From positions 96,001 to 160,000 of the forward strand of contig JAWLHY010000009.1 in assembly GCA_041690135.1 (NCBI GenBank): DNA of 64,000 nucleotides. Direction: 5' to 3'. Every line of letters starts with the position of its first letter. Position 1 is the first letter of the stretch. The notes beneath the pieces are model-generated. The model was not told where the DNA came from. It did no database searches and saw only the letters and a list, made by a program, of their open reading frames with translations. A program made the position numbers and the translations under genes. Source of the DNA: Armatimonadota bacterium (lineage in GTDB: Bacteria > Armatimonadota > SYMT01). Positions 39,267 through 48,649 of this stretch are shown in pieces.

Positions 39267-40634
39267 ATGGAAACCGACATCTCCAAAGACCAACCGGCCG
39301 CCGAAGCACGGCCGGCGGGCGGACCGGACGGCACCGGCGACCCTTCCGGGCAGTCGGCTTCCGAGGCAGCCGCGCGCGCGCTGCGGGAGAAGGCGCGCCC
39401 GCACCGTCGGGAAGTACGGTTCGGGCTCATGGACGTCGTCTGGTTTCTCCCGCGCCAGGTGATGGGTCTCTTCTTTCCGAAGCTGGTCGACCGCTACATC
39501 ATCGGTGAGTTGACGGCGCCGCTGATGTTCGGCTGGACGATGTTCATCGTCCTCTTTGTCTTCTCCCTGAACCTGGTGAAGCTTGGCCAGATGCTGGCCC
39601 GAGGCGCCGATCCCTATATGATCGGCGAGATGCTCTGGCTGCGGGTGATCCTCTCCAGCGTGCTCTGCCTGCCGATGGCCATGCTGCTGTCGGGTTTGCT
39701 CTCGTTCGGGCGGCTGTCCAGCGATAGTGAGTTGGTGGCTACCCAGGCCGGTGGAATTCCCAACTACCGGTTGATCCGGAACGCCTTGCTGCTCGGTCTG
39801 GTGTTGAGCTTCGCGGGCCTGGCTCTAAACGAGTACGTGATCCCTCCCGCGGGCCGGCGCCTCGAGAAACTGGAAGACCAGATCAAGAAACAGGTGGTCG
39901 GGAAACTGGTGGAAGAAGTCATCCAGCAGAAGGTCTTCACCCAGACCGACACCGATAAGGCCGGAAAGATCATGCGGGTGGTGACGGCCTCCCGCTTCGA
40001 GCCCGCCAAACCACCGGCTCCGGCCAAGCTGCATGATGTGACTTACGTCCAGTTTGAGCGGGAGAAGCCGCAGCTCTTAATTCAGGCCGAGCGCGCCGAG
40101 CTAGTGGGCACGGATCTGAAGAAGGGCGAGCAGAAGTGGGGCTTCATCAACGCCGAATTCCAGCTCATGGCATCGGTCACCAACGGGCAGCGCTTCGTCT
40201 GGAACTCGGACTATAAGGAAGTCACCATCAGCGTCCCGCAGGAGGCCACCCAGGGCGGAGGCCTGAAGCTCAAGGACCCCACCGAACTTTCCTACTCCGA
40301 GTTGCGGACCTATATCAAGACGCTTCGGAAGCAGGGTGTGAAGAGAAAGCGCTTGCTGCCGATGCGTGTGGAGCTGGAGCGCAAGCTTTCCGTACCATTC
40401 GCGGCGGTGGTCCTGGCCCTGATCGGCGCTTCGCTCGGCATCCGGCGTCAGCGCTCTACCACGGGGGTCGGCATCGGTCTCAGTCTCCTCATCATCGTCG
40501 TCTACTATATCGGGATGAGCGTGCTGGGAATCATGGGGGAAAGTGGAAAGCTTTCCCCGCGGGAGGCCGCGTGGGGCTGCAACATCGTAGGTTTGCTTGT
40601 GGGGCTATTCCTCGCCTGGCGCAGTTCGCGCTAA
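39267..40634 (+). CDS. LptF/LptG family permease
   Basis: DRYI, FGRLSSDSELVA..AGG, KLSVPFA..VLALIG, 3+3 TM layout. Confidence 0.9.
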   Translation: METDISKDQPAAEARPAGGPDGTGDPSGQSASEAAARALREKARPHRREVRFGLMDVVWFLPRQVMGLFFPKLVDRYIIGELTAPLMFGWTMFIVLFVFSLNLVKLGQMLARGADPYMIGEMLWLRVILSSVLCLPMAMLLSGLLSFGRLSSDSELVATQAGGIPNYRLIRNALLLGLVLSFAGLALNEYVIPPAGRRLEKLEDQIKKQVVGKLVEEVIQQKVFTQTDTDKAGKIMRVVTASRFEPAKPPAPAKLHDVTYVQFEREKPQLLIQAERAELVGTDLKKGEQKWGFINAEFQLMASVTNGQRFVWNSDYKEVTISVPQEATQGGGLKLKDPTELSYSELRTYIKTLRKQGVKRKRLLPMRVELERKLSVPFAAVVLALIGASLGIRRQRSTTGVGIGLSLLIIVVYYIGMSVLGIMGESGKLSPREAAWGCNIVGLLVGLFLAWRSSR

Positions 40635-40660
40635 TCGGACCGCGGTAGGGGGTTCCGCAG

Positions 40661-41953
40661 ATGGTTACCGCCCTCGTCATCCTGCTGTTACTGACGCTGT
40701 GCGGCTTTATCGCCTACATGGGGGACTTGCTGGGGCGTCGCCTCGGCAAGAAGCGCCTTAGCGTCTTCGGTCTGCGCCCCAAGCACACCGCTATCCTGTT
40801 GACGGTCGTCACCGGCGTCTTGATTGCCGGGTTCACGTTTGGAGCAGCGCTCATCATTGTTCCGGGCTTCCGCCAGGCCGTGATTCACAGCGAGCGGCTG
40901 ATGCGACAGAATCGCGACCTCGCGCGTGAGAACGCGGAGCAGCAGCAGGCGAATGTTCGCCTCGTGCGGACCAACGGCCAGTTGGTAACGGAAAACCAGA
41001 CCCTGGCCGGCAGCAACAAGTCCCTCGTCGAGCAGAACCGGAAACTGGCGGGACAGAACGAGAAGCTGCAGAAGGAAAGTACCCGGCTCGCCGGGGTGAA
41101 CACCCAGCTCAAGGCGGCTAACACGCAACTAAGCGCGGGGAACCAGCGGCTGACTGGCGAGAACCAGCGCCTGATCGCCGACCGCAACCGCCTGGCTAAC
41201 GAACGGACGCGGCTGAGTGAGGAAACGACCGCTCTTCGGCTGCGGGAATACGTGTTCCGGAAAGACGAGTTGCTCGATCGCCGGCCCTTCCCCCCAAACC
41301 CCCCCGCGGAGGTCGTCGCCGATGAGTTCCGGAACCTGCTCCTCTCCGCCGAGGAACAGGCGTTGAAGCGGAACCTCGCTCCCCACGCCGGCGCACCGGC
41401 GGTTACCCTGGTGCCGCCGCGAGGTTCTGGGTTGCGTGCTGCCGACAGCAAATCCGTGCGGTCCTGGCTGATCAAGCGGACCCGGCAGTTCCGCGGCCGT
41501 CCGGTGGCCATCTGGGCGGTGGTAGACAAGAACTGCGTGCGGGGGCAGGCCCTGCAGGTGCGGATCGAATGTTTCGCTAACGACGTAGTGTTCCGCAAAG
41601 GGGAAGAGGTGGCTCATACGCAGGTGGATGGAGCGGACACCCCGGGAGTGATCCTGATGAAGTTCATCGGCTTCCTCCAGTCCACCGTGCGCGATGAGGC
41701 CACGCGGCCGCCGCGTTCTATGATCGCGACCGAGGAACAGGGGCTGGGCGAGATGAACCCTGATGCCGTGCTGGATATCTGCAACCGGATCCGCGAGGTG
41801 GGTGGCCCCGCTGTCATCTTTGCGCGTGCTCGTACCGATACGCGGCGGGCCGGGCCCCTCAACCTGGAGTTCGAAGTCCGCCCCGCCAGTGCCGTCCTGC
41901 CGAAGTCTACCGGCTTGCAAGTGCCCTGGACGCGCCGCGCGGGCGGACAGTGA
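40661..41953 (+). CDS. DUF3084 domain protein
   Basis: IAYMGDLLGRRLGKKRLSVFGLRPKHTA, two TMs, heptad coiled coil. Confidence 0.88.
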   Translation: MVTALVILLLLTLCGFIAYMGDLLGRRLGKKRLSVFGLRPKHTAILLTVVTGVLIAGFTFGAALIIVPGFRQAVIHSERLMRQNRDLARENAEQQQANVRLVRTNGQLVTENQTLAGSNKSLVEQNRKLAGQNEKLQKESTRLAGVNTQLKAANTQLSAGNQRLTGENQRLIADRNRLANERTRLSEETTALRLREYVFRKDELLDRRPFPPNPPAEVVADEFRNLLLSAEEQALKRNLAPHAGAPAVTLVPPRGSGLRAADSKSVRSWLIKRTRQFRGRPVAIWAVVDKNCVRGQALQVRIECFANDVVFRKGEEVAHTQVDGADTPGVILMKFIGFLQSTVRDEATRPPRSMIATEEQGLGEMNPDAVLDICNRIREVGGPAVIFARARTDTRRAGPLNLEFEVRPASAVLPKSTGLQVPWTRRAGGQ

Positions 41954-41959
41954 TTTACC

Positions 41960-42403
41960 GTGAAGGGTGACCCCGTCCTCCCCCGTGTTTTGGCCGTGGA
42001 TCCCGGCCGGGATAAGTGCGGTCTGGCAGTGGTGGACCCCGAGCGCGGCGTGTTGGCGCGTGGAATTGTCCCCACGGTTTCCCTGGAATCGGCGGTGCGC
42101 GAGTGGATACAGGAGCAGCGGCCCCATCGGCTGGTGATGGGTGCGGGTACCTCTCACCGGGAAGCCCGCCAATGCCTGGAGCGAATGGGACTGCCCGTGG
42201 ACGTGGTATGCGAAAGCCACACGACCGAACGGGCGCGTGTCCGGTACTTTGAGGAACACCCCCCGCGGAGCTGGCGGCGTTTGATCCCTTTAGGTCTGCA
42301 GGTGCCGCCCCTTCCGGTGGATGATTATGCAGCAGTGCTGATCGCGGAGGACTATCTGGAGTCCCTTACCGCGGCTGAAGTAGGAGCAAGAGACGATCGA
42401 TGA
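41960..42403 (+). CDS. YqgF/RuvX-family RNase H-fold nuclease
   Basis: LAVDPGRDKCG, TTERARVRY, PVDDYAA. Confidence 0.85.
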   Translation: MKGDPVLPRVLAVDPGRDKCGLAVVDPERGVLARGIVPTVSLESAVREWIQEQRPHRLVMGAGTSHREARQCLERMGLPVDVVCESHTTERARVRYFEEHPPRSWRRLIPLGLQVPPLPVDDYAAVLIAEDYLESLTAAEVGARDDR

Positions 42404-43206
42404 TCCCCAATAAGACGAAAGCGCGCTTGAAGGCCGGTGAGGCGGTAGTGGGAGCCTGGCTGGCGGTGCCTTCGGTGGTTTCCGCCCGGTTCATGGCGCA
42501 GTTGGGCTTCGACTACCTGACGGTGGACATGGAACACCAGCCCATCGACCTGGAAAACGCCTCGGCCATGTTCGGGGTCATTGCCGCCGCCGGGGTCACC
42601 CCGCTGGCGCGGATTCCCTGGAATACTCCCGAGAATATCAAGCGCGTCCTGGACTGTGGCGCTCACGGGATCGTGGTGCCGATGGTCAACACTCGTGAGG
42701 AGGCGATCAGCGCCATTGAGGCCGCCAAATACCCGCCGCAGGGCATCCGCAGCGTAGGTGGCTCCCTGCATGCCATGAACTTCGGCGCCGACCCGGCCAC
42801 CTACTACGCGCGGGCAAACGACGAGATCCTGGTGGTCCTCCAGGCGGAGAGCCCACAGGGCGTGGCCAATGCGGACGAGATTATGAGCCTCCCCGGAGTG
42901 GACGCCGTGTTCATCGGTCCGAACGACCTCCTTTGCCAGATGGGGGAGACCCCACGGATGGAGAGCGACAGTTCCCAGTTCGTGGAGGCGCTGGACCATC
43001 TTTTGAAGACGGGCCAGAAGCACGGTGTGGCCGTGGGGATTCACACCGCCGGTCACGAGCCCTGCAACCGGCGGATGGCGGAGGGCTTCCGTTTCATGGC
43101 GGTCGCCTCGGATGCTCGCTTCCTGGTGGCGGGTGCCCAGGCCGAGCTCAAGAAGCTCCAGATCCCGAACCGGACGCAGGAAGCGCGCGAGGTTCTTCGG
43201 TACTGA
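42400..43206 (+). CDS. HpcH/HpaI aldolase family protein
   Basis: VDMEH, LDCGA, YPPQGIR, QAES, FIGPNDL. Confidence 0.92.
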   Translation: MIPNKTKARLKAGEAVVGAWLAVPSVVSARFMAQLGFDYLTVDMEHQPIDLENASAMFGVIAAAGVTPLARIPWNTPENIKRVLDCGAHGIVVPMVNTREEAISAIEAAKYPPQGIRSVGGSLHAMNFGADPATYYARANDEILVVLQAESPQGVANADEIMSLPGVDAVFIGPNDLLCQMGETPRMESDSSQFVEALDHLLKTGQKHGVAVGIHTAGHEPCNRRMAEGFRFMAVASDARFLVAGAQAELKKLQIPNRTQEAREVLRY

Positions 43207-43240
43207 ACTCGCTATTGCGAGAATGTTGATCCCGGAATCG

Positions 43241-43291
43241 AAGGAAGCCGGAGCGACCCCAGGCGTTTTGGGGTCGCTCCGGCTTCCTTTT
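43241..43291 (+). terminator. Intrinsic terminator of the envelope operon
   Basis: 21-bp perfect stem ending in TTTT. Confidence 0.8.
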
Positions 43292-43449
43292 GTGCCTGGA
43301 CCAGGGCGCTACACAGGCCGTCACGCCTGTGGCAGCACTCCCAATCGGAATTGGGGTGGCTGCGGCGCCGGGTTTCCCCATTTCCGTGTTGCGTTCACGT
43401 AGGAAACAAACGGGCTCTCTAGCGAACCTATACGTAACAGAGGGCTGCT

Positions 43450-44154
43450 ATGAAAAAGACCCGAATACTCGTCATTGACGATGAGCCTCAAATCGGCCGG
43501 ATGCTCCGCACCCAGCTCGCCGCGCGCGGGTATGAAGTGGAGCACGTCGGTACCGGTAACGAGGGACTAATCGCCGTCGGGGAGAACCCGCCGGACTTGA
43601 TCTTGCTTGACGTAGGCTTGCCGGACATCGATGGAGTCGAGGTATGTCGTCGGCTTCGCGAGTGGACCGCTATTCCGATCATCTTTCTCACGGTGCGCGA
43701 CGAAGAGCGCTTGAAGGTGCGGGCACTGGACGTAGGTGGCGACGACTATGTGACCAAACCTTTCGGCATTCCGGAGTTGCTGGCCCGCGTGCGTGCCGTT
43801 ATGCGCCGCGCCCAGGAACAGCCGAGTGCTTCTTCGTCCGTGTTCACGAGCGGTGATCTACGCGTGGACTTTACGGCCCGCCAGGTGACAGTGGGCGGCA
43901 AAGAAGTCCGACTCACTCCCACGGAGTACGAACTGCTGCGGCTGTTCATACTCCACGCGGATAAGACATTGACGCACCGTCAACTGCTCACCCAGATCTG
44001 GGGCCCGGAAGCGACCACGGAGACGCAGTATCTCCACGTCTTTATCCGGCAACTCCGGAGAAAACTCGAACCGGACCCCACGCAACCGCGGCACTTCGTT
44101 ACGGAGCCTGGTGTCGGCTACCGGTTCCGAACCCGCCCCCCCGTCCCTGCATAA
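43450..44154 (+). CDS. OmpR-family response regulator, KdpE-like
   Basis: REC + wHTH; LTPTEYELL, LTHRQLL..IWG, TEPGVGYRF; no cognate kinase adjacent. Confidence 0.9.
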   Translation: MKKTRILVIDDEPQIGRMLRTQLAARGYEVEHVGTGNEGLIAVGENPPDLILLDVGLPDIDGVEVCRRLREWTAIPIIFLTVRDEERLKVRALDVGGDDYVTKPFGIPELLARVRAVMRRAQEQPSASSSVFTSGDLRVDFTARQVTVGGKEVRLTPTEYELLRLFILHADKTLTHRQLLTQIWGPEATTETQYLHVFIRQLRRKLEPDPTQPRHFVTEPGVGYRFRTRPPVPA

Positions 44155-44190
44155 CGGGTACCGGGGGGCAGATGTTGGATCAGGGTTTGC

Positions 44191-44334
44191 AAGTTGGAAG
44201 GTTAGCAGGTTGAAGGTTGAAGGCTGAAGCTCCCTCGGGGGGCCAGGAGTTGAAGGTTCGGTCCCTCCAAACCGCACCCGTTGCCTGCCTCAGGGGTTTC
44301 TAACCTTCAACCTTCAACTTTCTAACTTTCAACT
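44191..44334. repeat. Inverted pair of 7/8-mer arrays (GGTTGAA / TTCAACC)
   Basis: 44191-44229 and 44298-44334, between convergent genes. Confidence 0.8.
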
Positions 44335-44358
44335 CGGATCCATTCCCGCCAAACCGGA

Positions 44359-45390
44359 TCAACTTCTGGTACAGGAGCGGTCGACCGCCTCGGCGACCCG
44401 GCCCACCTCCTGGATCAACTGGGTGAATTGATCGGGGCGGAGGGCCTGGTTGCCGTCCGATAGGGCTGTTGAAGGGTCGGGGTGGACTTCCACAATCAGG
44501 CCATCGGCGCCGGCGGCCACGCCCGCGCGCGCGATCGGGGTGACCCACCGCGTGTGCCCGGTGGAGTGGCTGGGATCGAGAATCACCGGTAGGTGGGACC
44601 AGTGCTTCAGCACCGGGATGGCGTTGATATCGGTGGTGTTGCGGGTAGCGGTATCCCAGCAGAGGATGCCGCGCTCGCAGAGCATCACGTCGTGGTTACC
44701 TTCGACCATCACATACTCCACGGCCTGGAGCATCTCCGTGAGCTTCGCCGCCGGCCCGCGCTTCAGCAGTACGGGCTTCCGCGTCTTCCCGACCCGCTGG
44801 AGGAGGCGGAAATTCGACATGTTCCGCGCGCCGATCTGGAAAACGTCCGCATACTCGTTCACGATCTCCAGGTCGTCGGGATCGAGGATCTCCGTCACGA
44901 TAGGAAGTCCGGTCTCCTCACGGGCTTCGGCCAGGATCTTCAGTCCCTCGAGCCCCAGGCCCTGGAAACTGTAAGGCGAGGTCCGCGGCTTGAAAGCGCC
45001 GCCGCGCAGCAGCTTACCGCCGGCCGCTTTTACGGCACGGGCGGTCTCCAGCACCTGCTCGCGGTTCTCCACGCTGCACGGGCCGCCGATCACCACCACT
45101 TCGGGGCCGCCGATCTTCACCCCCTGGATGTCGATCACCGTGTCTTCCGGGTGGTAATGGCGCGACGACAGTTTGAACGGCTCCGAGATCATCTGGACCT
45201 TCTCCACTCCCTCCAGCGACTCGAACTGGTCCACCAGCGTGACCTTGGCCGAGTCGACCACGCCCAGGACCGCGATGACCTTTCGCTCCACGCCCGGGTT
45301 GACAAAGGGCGTGAAGCCGCGCTGCTGGACCGCGTCGATGACTTTCTCGACCTGCGTGGGTGATGCGCCGTACTCCATAACGATGACCAT
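44359..45390 (-). CDS. aroF: DAHP synthase (type I-beta with N-terminal regulatory domain)
   Basis: GPCSVE, RGGAFKPRTSPYSFQG, QIGARNM, LKRG, CERG, DPSH, EVHP, SDG. Confidence 0.96.
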   Translation of the reverse strand: MVIVMEYGASPTQVEKVIDAVQQRGFTPFVNPGVERKVIAVLGVVDSAKVTLVDQFESLEGVEKVQMISEPFKLSSRHYHPEDTVIDIQGVKIGGPEVVVIGGPCSVENREQVLETARAVKAAGGKLLRGGAFKPRTSPYSFQGLGLEGLKILAEAREETGLPIVTEILDPDDLEIVNEYADVFQIGARNMSNFRLLQRVGKTRKPVLLKRGPAAKLTEMLQAVEYVMVEGNHDVMLCERGILCWDTATRNTTDINAIPVLKHWSHLPVILDPSHSTGHTRWVTPIARAGVAAGADGLIVEVHPDPSTALSDGNQALRPDQFTQLIQEVGRVAEAVDRSCTRS

Positions 45391-45468
45391 GATTGTCTCC
45401 CCGAGGGTGGCGCCGTACCGCGAAACCGGAACGGCCAGGAACTGCAAAGGACGAATGCGAACCAAACG

Positions 45469-45515
45469 AAAAAACCGCGAGCCACAGGACCTCTTTGGCC
45501 CTGTGGCTCGCGGTT
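45469..45515 (-). terminator. Attenuator terminator in the aroF leader
   Basis: 16-bp stem AACCGCGAGCCACAGG/CCTGTGGCTCGCGGTT ending in U6 on the minus strand. Confidence 0.88.
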
Positions 45516-45538
45516 CAAACCGGCGGTCGATGCTCAGA

Positions 45539-45652
45539 TCAGAAGGTGAGAGAGCGCACCGGAGTCGAGCCAGGGCCGCGCCGCCCAAAATACGGGCGGC
45601 GATAGGTAAAGTAGAAGGCCCAGGTTGTGTTCGACCGGCGAATCACTTTCAC
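45539..45652 (-). CDS. aroF leader peptide (Trp/Phe/Tyr-rich)
   Basis: (MK)VIRRSNTTWAFYFTYRRPYFGRRGPGSTPVRSLTF*; GTG at 45652 or 45646 after AGGTGG. Confidence 0.82.
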   Translation of the reverse strand: MKVIRRSNTTWAFYFTYRRPYFGRRGPGSTPVRSLTF

Positions 45653-45687
45653 CCACCTGCGCTGCGCACGTGCGCTGCTACGGCTGA

Positions 45688-45716
45688 AGTATAGCAACGC
45701 ACTTTCCGGGCGTCAA
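45688..45716 (-). promoter_or_regulatory. Sigma70 promoter of aroF leader
   Basis: TTGACG-17 bp-TATACT. Confidence 0.85.
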
Positions 45717-45899
45717 CCGCCGCCCAGTCCTGGAAATGATCCGGAAAAAATCTTTGCCCGGCTGTCGATTTCGGACCAGCCCCATCGATTAGTTGATGAG
45801 TGGGCGCGCTGCGCGGCTAATGAAGCTGCGGAAGGGCCGGAGTGAACGGGTCCGGAAGCGAGACCGGGCTCCGAAGGCGGAGCAGAGAGGAAGAAGAAG

Positions 45900-46328
45900 A
45901 TGCGGTTCATGGTACTGATCAAGGCGACGGCGAACTCCGAAGCGGGCATTCTCCCGGATGAGAGGCTCCTCACCGAGATGGGACGATACAACGAGGAACT
46001 CGTGAAAGCGGGAGTGATGCTTGCGGGGGAGGGGCTTCACCCCAGTTCGAAGGGCGCCCGGGTCAAATTCTCCGGCGACCAGCGGATCGTGACGGACGGT
46101 CCTTTTCCGGAGACGAAGGAGCTGATTGCGGGTTTCTGGTTGTGGCAGGTTAACTCGAAGGAAGAGGCGATCGAGTGGGTCAAGCGCTGCCCTAATCCGA
46201 TGCCGGGCGAAGAGCCGGAAATCGAGATCCGGCAGGTGTTCGAGGCGGAAGACTTTGGTGAGGCGTTTACCCCCGAACTGCGGGAGGCCGAAGAGCAACT
46301 GCGCGCGGAACTGGCGGAGCGCGCGTAG
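45900..46328 (+). CDS. YciI/DGPF family protein
   Basis: AGEGLHPSS, TDGPFPETKELIAGFW, IEIRQV. Confidence 0.92.
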   Translation: MRFMVLIKATANSEAGILPDERLLTEMGRYNEELVKAGVMLAGEGLHPSSKGARVKFSGDQRIVTDGPFPETKELIAGFWLWQVNSKEEAIEWVKRCPNPMPGEEPEIEIRQVFEAEDFGEAFTPELREAEEQLRAELAERA

Positions 46329-46425
46329 TCGGTGGGCAGTTGGAAGATGGCAGTGGGCTGCAAGCAGTAGGCAGTAGGCAGTAAGCGGTGAGTGACTTTC
46401 AAATCAAGAAAGTGAAGGAGTAACG

Positions 46426-46836
46426 ATGAAGACGGTTCCCTATCTTGTTTTCAACGGTCAGTGCCGGGAGGCGTTCGAGTTCTACGCGGAGTGCTTTGGC
46501 GGTCAGATCGCTGTAATGCTTACCCACGCCGATACTCCGGCGGCGGAGCAGTGCTCGGCAGCGATGCAAGGCCTGATCATGCATGCTCGCCTGGAAATGG
46601 AAGGCGGCACCCTGATGGGCTCGGACTGCCCGCCGGAGATGTTCCAGCAGCCCCAGGGAATCAGTGTATCGCTGCACCCCACGGACCCCACCGAGGCGGA
46701 ACGGATCTTCGCCGCGCTGGCGGAAGGCGGATCGGTGCTGATGCCGATTGCCGAAACCTTCTGGGCGGTCCGCTTCGGAATGGTCACCGACCGCTTCGGC
46801 ATCCCCTGGATGATCAACTGCGAAAAGGCAGCCTGA
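46426..46836 (+). CDS. VOC family protein (PhnB-like)
   Basis: PYLVFNGQCREAFEFY, IMHA, MGSD, TDRFGIPWMIN. Confidence 0.92.
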   Translation: MKTVPYLVFNGQCREAFEFYAECFGGQIAVMLTHADTPAAEQCSAAMQGLIMHARLEMEGGTLMGSDCPPEMFQQPQGISVSLHPTDPTEAERIFAALAEGGSVLMPIAETFWAVRFGMVTDRFGIPWMINCEKAA

Positions 46837-46848
46837 TGTCCTGCGCCG

Positions 46849-46872
46849 GGGGCCTCCCGTCCGGGAGGCCCC
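46849..46872 (+). terminator. GC-rich hairpin after the VOC gene
   Basis: GGGGCCTCCCG-TC-CGGGAGGCCCC; no U tract. Confidence 0.45.
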
Positions 46873-47068
46873 TGTCCCCTCACCCCTTGGTCGAACGAAC
46901 GTCGCCTTGCCCATTAGTGTGGAATCGCCGCTTGCAGCGGCGCTTTGCGATCCGGACCTCGGATCCCGCCACCACTGGGTGAGCACGCGTCCTGGGTTCG
47001 AGTTTGGTCGATTGCTGCCCGCTGTTCTCCTACAACGACTCTCAGGGACCTGCTAGCCCAAATCAGGG

Positions 47069-47809
47069 TTACGTGTTCAGTCCGTCGTTCAGGAGGGCTT
47101 CGGCTTCTTGCCGGATAGCCGCTTCCAGCCGCGGCAGCGGTAGCCGCGCTCCCGTGCGGGGATCTTGCTTATCCTCGAACCAGAACCAGTCTCCGGAGAC
47201 TTCGGCATAATCCCATTCGCGGAGCACCGCGCAGAGTTCTCGGCAGCCTTCCACGGGTGAGACCACGCCGTCGACGATCTTCCGAGCGATCTCACGAAGG
47301 CGGTTCTGCCGGATCTCTTCCGGTTGCGGCAGCGTCCAGCCGAGATCCTCCAGAGTGCGAGCGAAGTAGTGCTCGACCTCCCACCAGGCGTACGGCGGCG
47401 AGAGTCCCGCGAGGATCCGCAGGTGCGGGGTATCCAAGCCACACAGGAGACCCTGGTTGGCCCAGTCCACATAGTCTCCGGTCACGACCCTGCCGAGGGC
47501 GCGCTTCCATAGCAGGTTGTCGAGTTGCTTCTGCTGGCTTTGGTTCAAGGGATTGCTCACGTCATCGACCGGTGCGGCAACTGGATAGGTGATGCAGTGG
47601 TCCCGGAACCAATCGACGCGCCCCTGCGCTTCGCGGATGGCAGTAGCCTCGCTGTCACAGATGCTACCGGCTTCGCGGGGAAGCCAGCACCGCTCGTGGG
47701 GCTCATCACTCCACACTTCCTCCGCGAAGCCGTAGGTGCTGTCCGACCTCTGAAAGATGATCACCCGCCGATTGCCCGCGGCGTTCTCAAAAGCTCTAAC
47801 GGCGTGCAT
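47069..47809 (-). CDS. Hypothetical two-domain protein (immunity-like modules)
   Basis: GGAG RBS; N-part RRVIIFQRSD.TYGF...W, C-part VDWA...LDTPHLRILAGL. Confidence 0.65.
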   Translation of the reverse strand: MHAVRAFENAAGNRRVIIFQRSDSTYGFAEEVWSDEPHERCWLPREAGSICDSEATAIREAQGRVDWFRDHCITYPVAAPVDDVSNPLNQSQQKQLDNLLWKRALGRVVTGDYVDWANQGLLCGLDTPHLRILAGLSPPYAWWEVEHYFARTLEDLGWTLPQPEEIRQNRLREIARKIVDGVVSPVEGCRELCAVLREWDYAEVSGDWFWFEDKQDPRTGARLPLPRLEAAIRQEAEALLNDGLNT

Positions 47810-47899
47810 CCTCGTTGTTCTCCTCCATCAGCGGAGAGCACGGACGTTTTACCGTCCCCGCCATTCCCTCGTGTCCGGAAATGCAGAGGGGTCGTTCGT

Positions 47900-48142
47900 C
47901 TATTGCAAGGGAATGCCGAGTTGGCGCGCCTGGGAAGCCGCGTCGCGGGCACCCCAGCGTCGCTGGATCTTGCCGTCCTGGATTACGAACCATTCCATGG
48001 CCACCAGTTCGTAAGACCTTCCCCAGGGCCCCCTGGATCTCGGCATTTCCGCGAAGAGGGCGGCCAACTGGTCCAGGTCTCCCCGGTTGAAGGCATCAAC
48101 CTACTCGCATACCACTTCTTTGTTCTGTTCCTGCACAGCCAT
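47900..48142 (-). pseudogene. Degraded SnoaL/ester-cyclase (NTF2-like) gene
   Basis: MAVQEQNKEVVCE*VDAFNRGDLD.../...MEWFVIQDGKIQRRWGARD...QLG; internal TAG at 48101-48103, frameshift, central deletion. Confidence 0.75.
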
Positions 48143-48166
48143 TTCGTTAGACTTTCTCTCACCCGC

Positions 48167-48649
48167 CTATAACCTGGCCCATGCCGCGCGAAGGCGCTCA
48201 AGTTCTTCCAGCGGGAAGTCGTGCTCGATCCACCTGGCTTGATACTCCGCGACGCCATAGCGCCAATGGAGGCCCTCCAGGGCATCTTTCACCTGTTCAA
48301 GGAAAGAGGCGACCGAAGTGCTTGCCTTAAAGACGGTCTCGTACTCTCCGGAAGATGCGAAGCCCCAACTTGCCCAGTCCCGGTAATGGCGGATCTCCGC
48401 TGCCAGATCTCCGTTCTCACTTCGCTCCAACAGCATCTGATGTTCGCCCGGCTCCGCCATGAATGTCACTGTTACCCGGTCAGCGCCCGCATGGAGTGCG
48501 AGAGCCGCTGCGGCCAGTTCGCGCAGTGAGTCGTGAAGATAGGAGACGACGATTCGCAGGGAGCGTTCCGCCGTGTGAACGCAGCACTTTGCCCACCCTC
48601 CTTCCATCAGCACATACTCGATTTGCAATTGACTAGGCCCAACTCTCAT
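48167..48649 (-). CDS. Hypothetical protein (immunity-like)
   Basis: ATGA overlap with upstream gene; GWA...SYLHDSL...F.AEPGE...W..HDFP. Confidence 0.7.
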   Translation of the reverse strand: MRVGPSQLQIEYVLMEGGWAKCCVHTAERSLRIVVSYLHDSLRELAAAALALHAGADRVTVTFMAEPGEHQMLLERSENGDLAAEIRHYRDWASWGFASSGEYETVFKASTSVASFLEQVKDALEGLHWRYGVAEYQARWIEHDFPLEELERLRAAWARL

